DNA of 63,128 bases, filler included, from Folioceros fuciformis (Eukaryota): NCBI GenBank assembly GCA_049999805.1. It is 4 parts of 4 records of this genome, joined end to end, with 100 filler letters (N's around TTAATTAATTAA, not from the genome) between each part and the next. Parts side by side here need not be neighbours in the genome. Positions count along the whole stretch, not along the records: positions 1 to 28,239 come from JBNGIO010006030.1; 3 more parts are not named here. One strand, given 5' to 3'. The stretch's first letter is position 1; every line of letters begins with the position of its first letter. Shown here piece after piece: positions 11,630-23,406 of the stretch. The notes beneath the pieces are model-generated. The model was not told the origin of the DNA. It ran no database searches and worked only from the letters and a program-made list of their open reading frames with translations. Both the position numbers and the translations under genes were made by a program.

Positions 11630-11979
11630 CTACTTTCCTGCCCGCTTGGAAGCTCGTTTACCGTGCCCCTTCTTCGGGGGACCCTTCCCTCTACGCCGCA
11701 ATCTCTCCAGCTTCAGAACTCGTCTGCAGAAAATCAGACTGCCTTCGTCAATTCCCCTCAATGTAACAAATTTCCAGCCAGCTCATCCAACAATTACCTT
11801 CTCTCGTTGGGATCCTCGAACATAGGATCCAGCTTCTGCATGGGCGTGGGATACCACGACGCAATCTTTGACCCTACCAGAGGTTGCCGCAGGACCTTGT
11901 GCCCCGACCTCAGTCCGTTTCCTAGAACATGGCCGAAGATCCGAGCTGCCGCCTCCTTGACTCCTTGCAGAACGCTCAT
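11630..11979 (-). CDS. MRPS33: Mitochondrial ribosomal protein mS33-like, 2 exons (11979-11798, 11723-11630)
   Basis: ARIFGHVLGNGLRSGHKVLRQPLVG..IASWYP spliced (GT-AG) to RVLKLERLRRRGKGPPKKGHGKRASKR. Confidence 0.88.
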
Positions 11980-12188
11980 TGTGCATGACCGTGCGCTCTC
12001 GTCGCCCAGCGATTTTGCGAAAGTCAGTCACACTCTAGCGGTCCGTTGCAAGACCACAAGTAGTTGCAGGCTTTTTAGTTTATGACGTTTACGAGATTCG
12101 ATCTCGAGACGACCTGGCCACCAGGCGCTTACCTCTACCAACAGGATAAATGTAAACAAATCACAGTTCTTAACTATGAGTGCGTCTA

Positions 12189-12358
12189 TTTCCCGCCCAA
12201 CGATTTGAACGCTTCTCATTTGAACTGCGACCACGCAAGACCTTCCTGGAATCCTACTGCCTGGAAACAAGATAGCAGGCGGGGCGCCCTTTTCACTAAC
12301 GGCGACTGCATTATAACTCCGTCGCATCTTTGAGAGCAGAAGTCCCGCCCGCGGGAAA
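12189..12358. promoter_or_regulatory. Two E2F consensus sites (TTTCCCGC at 12189-12196 on +, 12351-12358 on -) in the H3/mS33 divergent promoter
   Basis: Exact matches to the plant E2F site; TATA-like CATAAAAAGG near 12414; binding not demonstrated. Confidence 0.55.
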
Positions 12359-12525
12359 GTTAAAAACTTGCTGGTTTTGAATGTGGTCCTGGCTTCCCTC
12401 CTCTCCTCTGGCCCATAAAAAGGAGTGCCTGCCCCTTCCTAAGTCCCGTAGCAAGTTTGCGCGTCGTGCTGTATTCCTCGTTGTGTCTTACCTCAAGCCC
12501 TTGTTCATTGACGTGCGATTGGTGA

Positions 12526-13017
<492 letters not shown>

Positions 13018-13047
13018 GCAGAACCGTAGGATTCAGCTTCCGTAAAT

Positions 13048-13063
13048 GGTGTATTTCTACACC
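13048..13063 (+). promoter_or_regulatory. Histone-type 3' UTR stem-loop (GGTGTA-TTTC-TACACC)
   Basis: Perfect 6-bp stem, UUUC loop, 30 nt after the H3 stop, AAAT/ACC flanks. Confidence 0.72.
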
Positions 13064-13129
13064 ACCTCTCCGAGTAAAATCTGTCTGCTCAATGCTAAGT
13101 CGTGATGCAGGTCCGCGAGGATACAGAGG

Positions 13130-13290
13130 CAGATGCCTGTGTAATTGCTGCATTCCCAAGCAAGATGCCTGTGTAAGTGCTGCATCCCCAAGCAAGATGC
13201 CTGTGTAAGTGCTGCATCCCCAAGCAAGATGCCTGTGTAATTGCTGCATCCCCAAGCAAGATCCCTGTGTAATTGCTCCATCCCCAAGCA
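13130..13290. repeat. 32-bp minisatellite, about 5 copies
   Basis: Head-to-tail unit aagatgcctgtgtaa(g/t)tgctgcatccccaagc. Confidence 0.95.
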
Positions 13291-13579
13291 AAGCCTATTG
13301 GGTTCGAATGCGTGAGAGTACTACTCCATAGTAGAGACAATCAACAATGTTTTCATCCTAAATTGGACAGCAGTATTACCCGACCTTGAATGGTAACTAC
13401 TGGAAGGGTAGTTATGACTGTTAAAAATCTGACGATATTCTCCCAAGACGACTACTTCTTGCATAGAAAACAATTGCAGTCATGTGCATGTGACCAAAGA
13501 ATGTAATATTGTAAGACAACAAACTGAAGAACACATCCTTTTCGGACATGTGCGGATCATATTGCTGAAAAAGCCTGTT

Positions 13580-16500
13580 TCAATCGCTCTTCTTTAGTGC
13601 CTGCGCCACCACCAAGGCAACCACACTAATCATTCCTACGCCACACACCACAGTTGCAGTAGCAAGGCCAGAATTGGTCGTTTTCATGCTCCCAACCAAA
13701 CATTCCCAACGACCCCTTTCATTTTTCTTCTGCAAGTTAGGATGTGTAAGATTATCCCGCAGTATGGAACTTAAAAGATCAAGCTGGGTGGTTATGTGCC
13801 GCTGGCCCCTGGCAATTATCCTAACCTGCAGACGGATTGAAAAGAATGTCCAGATCTTAGTGAGTAAAAGATGACCAGCGAGAAGGAACGAATAATGGAA
13901 AGCGGTAAGGGGGGGGAGTAGACCTCGTCGACCATATTTGAGTCAGTTGCAGGTGGTGCTGCAGCATTATTGAGGGCCAGTGCATGACCATTTGTGCAAC
14001 CATTGCCATTCCCATTACCATAATGAGAACCACCACTGCTCCCAAATGAGCCAACAGCAACCCCTGAAACATTTGCTCCAGTAGGTGCCTGACGACCTGT
14101 ATTCGAGAGACCTGTTATCTTGCCTTCCAGTTCAGAAACTCGCGACAGAAGCTCATCCATTCTTTCACTTAGACCAGCTAGCTGATCACACATCCGCAGA
14201 TACCCCTAAAACACCTCACACCAATCAGAACAAAACCTGCCATCCCTCCACTTCCTTCCCAAGTCATCTATACAGCGGTGAGGGTGATTATGCGGAACCA
14301 GCAGGTACCTGGTCACTTAAGGCTGGGGCAGGAGAATCAGGAAAGGCTCGATCATCGAATCGTTTAGATAAAGGAGTAGGTGTCCATAAAGGAGTAGGTG
14401 TCACTCCCTTTCTCTGCGTCCTTCGATCTCCAGGAGCATCACTGTTCAACATATACAGTGTGTTAACTTGTCAAAATTGACCAACATAAGCAGAGTGCCA
14501 ATCACGAAACAATGAATTCATGCCTGCGGTAGTTCCAGTCATAAGAACTGGAAATACCTGTCGCTCTTGCTCTCGTTCCGGGACCAGCTGAAGCAGGTAA
14601 GGGTAACCAAGTGAGCACTACAGGCCTATGCATTAGCTGACTGCCAAAAGTCAAGAGGATAGCAATACCTTTTGCTGTACAAGTTTCTTATTCCAGGCTT
14701 TGTCTCTGAGAGCCAAGAAAATGACGGAAGTGGGCTGGATACAAGGTTGTCGGGCATGCTCAGTTTGGTTTTCAAGTCTTCCGGCAGGGCCTATGCACAA
14801 AAACAGGTATGATGGAGCCATGATAAGCATGCAGCAGGACCAGCAGGAAAGCACCATACACGGGCAGACCTCAAGAGCAGACGAAAATTTACAGATTGTA
14901 CTTACCGTAATTTCTTTTGTCAGCTTTTCCAACTGAATCTGCTCGATGTATGATCGAGGAATATACGTGCCATCGAGACCCAATTTTTTCGCAACGTCAG
15001 CAACAACTGCTCGGTCCTTGCCTTGCACCTGCACAAGGCAAACAATACTTAGCACCAACAATACCGTCACGTTAAAGGAGGAGAAAGTGCAGCCCTTGAC
15101 AGATGGACACACCTGTATGTACTTGCGTTGCAACTGCTCCAGCTGGTCAATCTTCACACTAACCCTCTCGTCTGAAAATAGATGACTGTTGCGCTTGAGA
15201 ATGGTTGCCATTGAGTATCCCAGAGCCATTAAGCCCCCCAGGAGGCGGACGCTGACCTCAAAAGTTATCCGAGGGGAAATAATAAATGCATTATCAGTAA
15301 CCCATTCCTGGCCAACAAAAAGACAAATTAGATCCGAACTTACATCATGCAATGCAGATTCGATGTAGAACAGATAAATTTGTGTGTTTACCTCAAACAT
15401 CAGGCTGTACTTGCCTTCACGATTGCGCATTCTCAAATAAGACTGACAGGTCTCTGGATCTTCACCAGGTGGCAGCAAGTAAATGTCGTAGGTTGCCTCA
15501 GTGGTCTCTGTGTGATCAGGACCCAAGACCTCCTTAATCTGCTCTTCAGACACACATCTTGAGGACTGCACATCAGCAAGCAGGAAGGAAGTATGAGGAC
15601 GACATGATGCAACAGCAACTCCTGATCAGAAGTTTTCTCTTGACTGACGACACTGCACCAAATTGCGCATAACATCGACAGAAAACGAAAGTCACCTTGA
15701 GAATGTAAGTAGCAGTTTGAAATCCAGAAAACGGGTTGAACTTATTGACAATCTTTATGTGCGCAGTCTCTAAATCTGGCTCAATGAAAGCTTTGTACAT
15801 GGGATAGACCTGCCAGAGAGGCACAACAGTTAGCATTCCCGTCCACTTCAGTACGACAGAAATTAAATATACCCACAGCACAAATTTGACCAACAAAGTG
15901 ATTAGTTAAAATGAAGCTCAAGTCCCTTGGACAAAACGCACAGTTTCTGATATCTGATGGATAATATCCTCAGGAGCTTGCCCAGATCGATCGATGTCAC
16001 GAAGTACCCTCTTAACAAGATCAAAGTGCACCCCTCCAGTGACTGAAACACGTAAATCTAGAAGTGGACGGAGCTTTTCACTAAGCGCGTAAATACCCTC
16101 CACAATTACAATGCGAGACGATGGCACATCCAAGTGGCTGCAAGATAGAGTGCTGTTAATGCACCGTCCTTTCCTTTCAACACAAGATAGCATGCATGGC
16201 AACAGAAAATATGCCAGGCATCAGACCACCATGCTAACACGACGAGACCTCTTCAAGGTGGCCGGACCTGTATCCAACGCGTCGACTCTGCTTAAAGTCG
16301 TATATGGGAACTTCCACGGACCTGCCCGCCTTGAGATTCTCGAGATTATCCAGAAGAGTGTCATAATCTGTGAGGCGGGGATCTGCAAATCAAAACCCGT
16401 TCCCCAGCACACATGAGACAGATATCCCAGTCCTACTTTGCTAAAAAGCAATACGACTGAGCCTCAGGATACTAAAACAAGTCTCCAAAGCACTGTGGCC

Positions 16501-16989
16501 GCACCAGACACCAAAATTCGTCACACACATGAATCACAGAACCCTAGAAACAGCACGGGACTGCCGACCCGGGATCGCAGAATGGCACAACAAGGATAAC
16601 GAAAGGAAGAAAGCACGTGAATCCAGCAACCAACCGTCATAATTGCCGTCGATGACACGACTGGCGTCGTTGTAATTATCCATAGAAATCATGGCAATGC
16701 CGGGCATGAATGCGCTCACTTTTTCGGTGAAGACGGTCTTCCCGGCCCCCGATGGCCCTGCCAGCCCCACCACCACCACTCCATCCGTCTCCTGCGTCAG
16801 GAGCTGCACAGCTCGTATGAAGAGGAAGAACCCCTTCTCGAAGGAAAGAGTATCCTCTATGGGCGCAATTTCGTAGCGGTCGCAATCGGGCCTTTTCACG
16901 AGCCTGAGTTGGTGCTTGAGCAGCCCCGAGCGCTTCCCGAATTTCCCGGGGCGAGATTCCGCCCTCCCCATGCCGTCCTCCTGAGACAT
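13580..16989 (-). CDS. TTM: Triphosphate tunnel metalloenzyme TTM1/2-like (uridine-kinase-like + CYTH domain + C-terminal membrane anchor), multi-exon
   Basis: LSFEKGFF, P-loop GLAGPSGAGKT, IVIVEGIYAL, YPMYKAFIEPDL, TYDIYLLPPGEDPETCQSYLRMRNREGKY, ARGQRHITTQLD and hydrophobic tail ending ALKKSD*; some internal exon limits not resolved. Confidence 0.92.
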
Positions 16990-18392
16990 GTGAGAGGCAG
17001 GAGCAAGGGACAACGGCAACCGAAAGCACGACTCCGATCCCGATTCCACTCCAGCAGCCTAGCGCCAGGCGCGCAGTTCCATATAATTTGAAGGCTGGCG
17101 GACGAGATTCTCTTTTTCCTTCTCTTGTCTTGTGTCGTCTCGTCCGCAGTCCTGCTCTTCCCGGCTGCCAGTGCACGCGGAGGGTGCAGGAGCAGGCCAG
17201 GCCTCGTCTCCTCCGAGAGCAGCCAGCAACCAAGGGCCAGCCAATTCCCCCGGCGTCACAAGGCCCTCCTCCCGGCCCCGGTGCATCTGGGGGACGGGGT
17301 CCGCTCCTGCGAGGACCGTCGGCCACAGGCCCCGCGATCCGCCTCCCACGCCCTCACGACGTGCCCCGGAAGCGCACACCACATCACGGCAGCACCGAGA
17401 GCGCACCAATTCGCCGAGCAGGAAGCTTCTCCTTGCTAGCAAGGCAAACGCAAAGGCAAAGCTAGCAAGCGACGAGGGAGGGAATTCAGTCCGTTCCCCA
17501 GCCTGCCTTGTGCGGAGCCGAGTGATCACCTCGGTTCCGCAAACAGCCAAAAATCCCCTCCCCTTCCCTGGCCTCTTCTTGCTCCCCTAGCCAGCAGGGA
17601 TCCGAGTCCCGACACGACCGACAACGCAGAAGGCAAGCGGCCTTTTATACGGTCCAACAGGCCGCCTACTAGAGGAGTGGTACGGCGCAGCGCGGCGCCC
17701 TCCTTTCACAGAGGGGCCCCCAGGCTTCCTATAACGAGGCAGGGCGCAAACCAAGGGCGTGCATGTAGCCAGAAGGCTGTCAGTAATGCCAGGCCTCTCC
17801 CCTCAAGTACGGGCCCGGTTATAGCCAACCGCGGTTTCGCGGAGCCCGAGGTGTTGAGCAGTTAGCCGGAATCGAACCCCGGCCACTCGCTTGCCACCGC
17901 GTGTGTACACCCCACTGGCTACTATCGGCGGCAAGTGTGACAAGGGATGAACTGGAGCTCGCACAGATGTGCTAATGCACTCACGTGCGACCCGACGCGG
18001 CCCGGCTGTATTGTACGTCACCTTAACCACTCGGCGCATACAGGCCATCGCATGTACTCGTACACAACCTACATCATGTACTGTATGAACATACTATATA
18101 TTTATGTACAGACTACAGTATTTGGGGAGGAGGCAGCGGCAAGTCCACTTGAGACCTGGATGCTGGAACGCGACGCGGCGCGCTGGAAATCTGGAGCGTG
18201 ATGTGTCCTTGATTCGCTGCTTGCTTCATGTTCCCGTCACATGCGGTGCGGCTCGCTCCATGTACCGGCGGAGCCATCGGACAAGCCGGGCACTCTCCTT
18301 CTGCGAAGGTTCCGTGGTATTCGCCGTAAATGCGGCTATGCAGCCCATTGGCTGAAAATGTACGGGCTGGCACGGAACCAAAACCACGTACT

Positions 18393-18473
18393 CGTCAACA
18401 GCAGGGTTCGAACCTGCGCGGGCGAACCCAACAGATTTCAAGTCTGTCGCCTTAACCACTCGGCCATATTGAC
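18393..18473 (-). tRNA. trnS-UGA: tRNA-Ser (anticodon UGA)
   Basis: GTCAATATGGCCGAGTGGTTAAGGCGACAGAC-TTGAAA-TCTGT, long variable arm, GGTTCGAACCC, G discriminator, downstream T run. Confidence 0.96.
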
Positions 18474-19479
18474 TTTCTTACCAAAAACTGTACAGCATAA
18501 AGATAATATACCAATTAAATCTTACTAGACTAACCCACTATCACTCAGCAGGCACATAACTTAGTGCACAGCTTCCTGCTTACTGCACTTCCTTAGTCCG
18601 GACAGAACGTGCTATCACTAACGATCACTCCATCTTACAGCTTCCTGCGCCTAGAACTTCGAAGACCGGTAAGCCGAAGATGCATCTAGAATTTCATAGT
18701 CCTGGATAATCCAAAGATGCACCTACGTAAAATTTCCTACTGCTGGATACTCCGAAGATGCACCACCTACGATTTCATAGTCCCGGGTAATCCGAAGATG
18801 CACCTCCGATTCCGTAATCCGGGATAAGCCGAAGATTGCCGCCGCTTGCCCTGCGGATTCAGCGTCACACAAATCCGACCGTGTGCAGTGCATCGCGAAG
18901 CGGCGTGGAATCGTCAGGCATCGCACAAAGTGTGCGGTGTTGTATAGTACCAATTGCGCACACGCGTCCTGCAGGAGAAGGAGAGACGTCACGGAATCGA
19001 TCTCGTCTCCACTGACAAATGGAGGAGGTACTGTAGTAACACTATGCACTTCGACGCGAAGGCGTGGAGGCTGCTTTACAGCCAAGTACACGCTGCGTGT
19101 CAGACACAAGGACTGGAGAGCGAAGTAAGAGCAGTGATTGAAGCCGCGGAGAATTCCAATAAATGAGAGTCGCCGGATAAATTACACAACTACCCGAAGG
19201 GAGTGTTTGGCACAGCTTGCCTTCGACAGAGCAAGAAAGCTTCCTCAAACGAAGTGAGGGCTGCAGCTGCCGGTGGTTCCAGTGCTAACACACCGGATAT
19301 CAAAACAGTTTTCTATGATTCGGAAATATCAGTGAACGCTGTGCGCACCTTCTGCAATGACACATCTGCCAGGGCTTGCAGACTGTCCAACCAGAATGGT
19401 AACCGAACTCACAATTTATCATCGACGGCAGTGTCTTTTGCCGTACCGTTCTGTTTCTTCCTCGCTCCTTCGGCTGTAC

Positions 19480-20440
19480 TGGCCCAACCTCGTAGCTTGT
19501 GGCCGAATCAAGCGCACGTAGGCGCAATGCAACGTAAGTGATGTTTGACACCTTCACAGCTGCTGATACCGAACACCATAGTCACCAGAATGATCGTAAG
19601 TAGTCGGTCTTTATCACCAGTTCCAAAACAAAAAGGGCCTTTGTCTCCTGGACCAACAACAACAACTGTCAGAATACCCTTGCGGCCAGCCTGCGACGAA
19701 TACTCTTCTCAATTCAAGAAAGCACCAGGGCACTACCTCAAACAAGCACTTCGCTGACTTCACCAATACCCCCCATGCTCTCCTCACCCTTCCCAGCTTC
19801 GATCATGCCAGGAGTCAACACTGCTTCCAAATCAAGGATGCTCATCTTCAGCCAGTGCAGCGGCACAGCTCGCGAGCCATCCAACGGCTGCATTGAGGTT
19901 TCTGGTATACTTAACTTCTTTCCAGGTTTCTGGTACACTCCGGCAGCTTTGGCTACCAAAGACCCTGCTGCTTTTGAGGGTAAATTTTGCTGGCCTGCCT
20001 CCGCCACAGAGTCCTTCACACCAGTTGCTGCTGTCAGGATAGCTGTAGTAGATTTATTAAATTTTCATCACTGGACTCTACAGGGATTGAGCTCACGTCT
20101 TGCAAGTGAACAGGCTACCTTTCAGATATTTGGAAACCATTGACAGTTCCCAGGTCAGTTTGCAACTTCGGTCCACTACCACAAATGTCACCCAATTTGT
20201 TTTCCTGCGCCTCGAAGGGCGTTTCGTTATCCGTGATTTCCTTGGCGGGCAGCGAGGAATATGAACTTTCACCAACTTCTGTACGATCCGCTCGCAGATT
20301 GCGTTGATCCTCCGATTCAGGTTCTATCACCTGCTTGCCAATTGACTGCTCCATCAAAGAACCTGAAATTGACATCATATTCATTTTTGACAGCGTCCTT
20401 CTCTCCAGCATTGAGATCCTGGCTCTTGCTTTCATGCAGA
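19480..20440 (-). pseudogene. MBD9-like C-terminal region remnant, copy 1
   Basis: WLKMSILDLEAVL...VKSAKCLFE and SAAVKVSNITYVALRLRALDSATSYE resemble the plant MBD9 C-terminus (from memory); frameshifts and stops. Confidence 0.55.
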
Positions 20441-21319
20441 TGTGGAACCAAAGTTATATACAGCCCACCCTGTATAAAGGATTAGCCTCGAGTGGAAAGA
20501 TATCAAACACATGGTTCCACACAAAGGAGTCAAGCAAGTAGTACGCTGGCAGGGATATGTGGCCACCATTGGGTAGAAAGTATTGATCGTCAGCTGTTCT
20601 ATCGGGTTCTGTAGTCTCGACGAAGGCTGCCACATTGGCTAACCCGGCGGAGGGAAGGTCTTGACAAAGCCTGGTTATTCCAGGAAGGCCTGAAACTCCA
20701 ATTGCCAACAGGGAAGCCATCATCCCTTAGAGGCTATGACAGTATCAAACTCCATTGCCCCGCAGCTTCTCCAAATCCTTCTCTAACAGTCACTTGTCAA
20801 CAAACCCGATGCTGTAGCCATGCAGAACATACCGGCGACCGTGTGTTCGGATATAAAGTCGGAGTTTATTAGCCCCTCGGCAACAGCTCCTTTCATAAGC
20901 GCAAAGCCTATCATGCCGAAACCATTGTTCAGAAACAGCGCGAGCGGTATCCTCCTACTCGTCAACAGCTACACCTGCGCATGGCAACACAAGAAAGGAA
21001 ACATGCATCTGATCTCACAATCCTGCAGCTGATGGTAGAGAGAATGCACCCCTCCATCACGGAGCAGGCCGATCAAATGACCAGTGCCCTCGGGGAGGCT
21101 TCCTGAACATATCTCAAATCCTCGCCTTCAAAGAAGCTTCCCAGACGCAATGGCCGAGTCCACCAACCCCGCCCTGTAATCGCAAGCAGCAAACCAACAT
21201 GCACACATCTCCAGCACACACCTTCAGCACACACCTCCAGCACACACCTCCAGCACACACCTCCAGCACGATGCCATCCGTATGCACCACTGTGCACACT
21301 CGCTTCTTCGGCTGGACTG

Positions 21320-22270
21320 GCCCAACCTCGTAGATTGTGGCTGAATCAAGCGTACATAAGAGCAATGCAAAGGCAAGTGATGTTTGATACCTTCACGGCC
21401 GCCGATAGTGAATACCAGTGTCTCCAGAATGATCGCAGGAAGTCGGTCTTTATCACCAATTCCAAAACAAAAAGGGCCTGAGTCCCCTCGACCAACAGCA
21501 ACAACTGTCAGATACCCTTGCGGCCAGCCTGTCCCAAATGCTGTACTCAATTCAAGAAAGCACCAAGGAACTACCTCAAACAAGCACTTCGCTGACTTCA
21601 CCAATGCCCGCCATGTCCGCCGGCTGCTCTCCTCACCCTTCCCAGCTTCCAGCATGCCAGGAGTCAACACTGCTTCCACATCAAGGATACTCATCTTCAG
21701 CCATGTCGGTAGCACAGCTCGCGAGCCATCCAGCGGCTTCATTGAGGTTTCTGGTATACTTAACTTCTTCCCAGGTTCCTGAGGCACTCCGGCAGTTTTG
21801 GCTACCAAAGACCCTGCTGCTTTTGAGGGCATATCTTGCTGACCTGCCTCCGCTACAGAGTCCTTCACACCAGTTGTTGCTGTCAGTTAGCTGTGGTAGA
21901 TCCATAAACTATCTCAGACTTTTCAACAGGGATTGAACTCACATATAGTACATGAACAGGTTGCCTTTCAGATATCTGGAAACCGTTGACAGTTCGCAGG
22001 TCAGTTTGCAACTTCGGTCCACCATCACAAATTTCACCCAATTTGTTGGCACCCAATTTGTTTTCCTGCGCCTCAAAAGAAGTCTCGTCACCAGTGATCA
22101 CCATGGGGGTAGCGCGGAAGACAAACTTTCACCAAGCAGACTGCACTGGTCCGGAGGTTCAGGCTCCATCACGTGCTTGCCAATCGACTGCTCCAACAAA
22201 GGACTTGAGACTGGTATGCAAACATCACATTCATCTTTAACAGCGTCCTTCTCTCCAGATCCTCGCACCT
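21320..22270 (-). pseudogene. MBD9-like C-terminal region remnant, copy 2
   Basis: Direct duplicate of 19480-20440 (WLKMSILDVEAVL...RRTWRALVKSAKCLFE). Confidence 0.55.
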
Positions 22271-22444
22271 GCTTTGATGCACAAAAACCTGTTCACAGAA
22301 TCCAGCCTGGGGCCCTGGCGGCGTATCACTTGCTTGATTACACTGTGTGGAACCATCTGTGGGCACTCCTTAGTGTGGAACTCTGTTGTGCCCACCATAG
22401 GAGCAAGGTAGTTCATAGGCTGCTACAGTGTCAACAGGCCTCAG

Positions 22445-22810
22445 GGAGGGAGTACAGTCCGTTTCCCGTCCTGCCTTGAGCTGAGTGATCGCCTCAGTTC
22501 CGCAAACAGCCAAAAATGCCATCCCCTTCCCTGGCCTCTTCTCGGTCCCCTAACCAGCAGGGACCCGAGGTCCGACACTATCGACAACGCTGAAGGCAAG
22601 CGGCCTTCTATACCCTACACGACGCCGCCTACTAAAGGAGTGGCACGACGCAGAGGGAAAGGGGGCCCCACAGGCTTGCTATGAAGCCGCCGGGCGCGAC
22701 CGAAGGGAGTGCATGTAGCCAGAAGCCGGTCAGTAGAGCCAGGCCTCTTCTTTCCTCTCATGTATTATGGGCCCACGTTACAGTTTCACCTCCGTTTCCC
22801 CAAGCCCGAA
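22445..22810 (-). repeat. Duplicated copy of the TTM promoter/5' leader region (~17475-17850)
   Basis: gagtgatc.cctc.gttccgcaaacagccaaaaat...gaaggcaagcggcctt.tatac shared between both loci. Confidence 0.85.
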
Positions 22811-23406
22811 GTCTTGAGGAAACAAACATATGAAATACTTCAAACCCCAATCATTGGCCCACGCCGGCCTCGTATTTTGATATGTTTGGTCGGCCGCGTA
22901 ATTGGTGGTTATACGGGGTTACAAGTAGTAAACAAAGGGGGTTATGAGTAGTAACCAAAGGAAGAAGATTTCATGGAAGCAAGGAAATGTTCGTCACACT
23001 CAGGAACCCTGCAACGCCGAGGGTCAAGGCCTAGAGGGAAAGCCGGGAAAAGGGTTGCGTGCGGGAGGGGCAGTGCCAATCGCTGAACACGGTTGTCCTT
23101 GGGTCACAGTGCGTGGTGATATTCATCACATACGACACATAGATTTATCGAGATACAAGTTCTAGCCTGCTCGCAAAGCACTCGCCAAAAGCCAAGGACA
23201 AGTGGTCCTATATATACGTGTGTTGGCATGCAATGTATGCACATAGAGCTAGTAGTTGTTGCCGTGGGCCGGTACTAACGTGCTCCTACGGCGGAATCCA
23301 AAGGACGTCCCTACACGCACCTGGAATTGCTTCTGCGCATGCCAGCGCTCCAACGAAAGGACGACATCGTGCGGCACTTAGGATCACTCCCACGCGCGCA
23401 TGCGTC

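Noticed and set aside
13130-13290. 32-bp repeats as a CRISPR array
   Set aside because: Units are contiguous with no unique spacers, no cas genes, eukaryotic context; same for the 33-bp satellite at 32290-34950
16676-17590. Long GC-rich ORFs upstream of TTM
   Set aside because: No recognisable motifs; consistent with a GC-rich 5' leader or promoter
18393-18473. tRNA with TGA anticodon as a suppressor or Sec tRNA reading the TBP-like in-frame TGA
   Set aside because: Anticodon UGA decodes UCA (Ser); the body is an ordinary plant tRNA-Ser
21212-21268. 13-bp cagcacacacctc repeats
   Set aside because: Simple slippage repeat with no further structure
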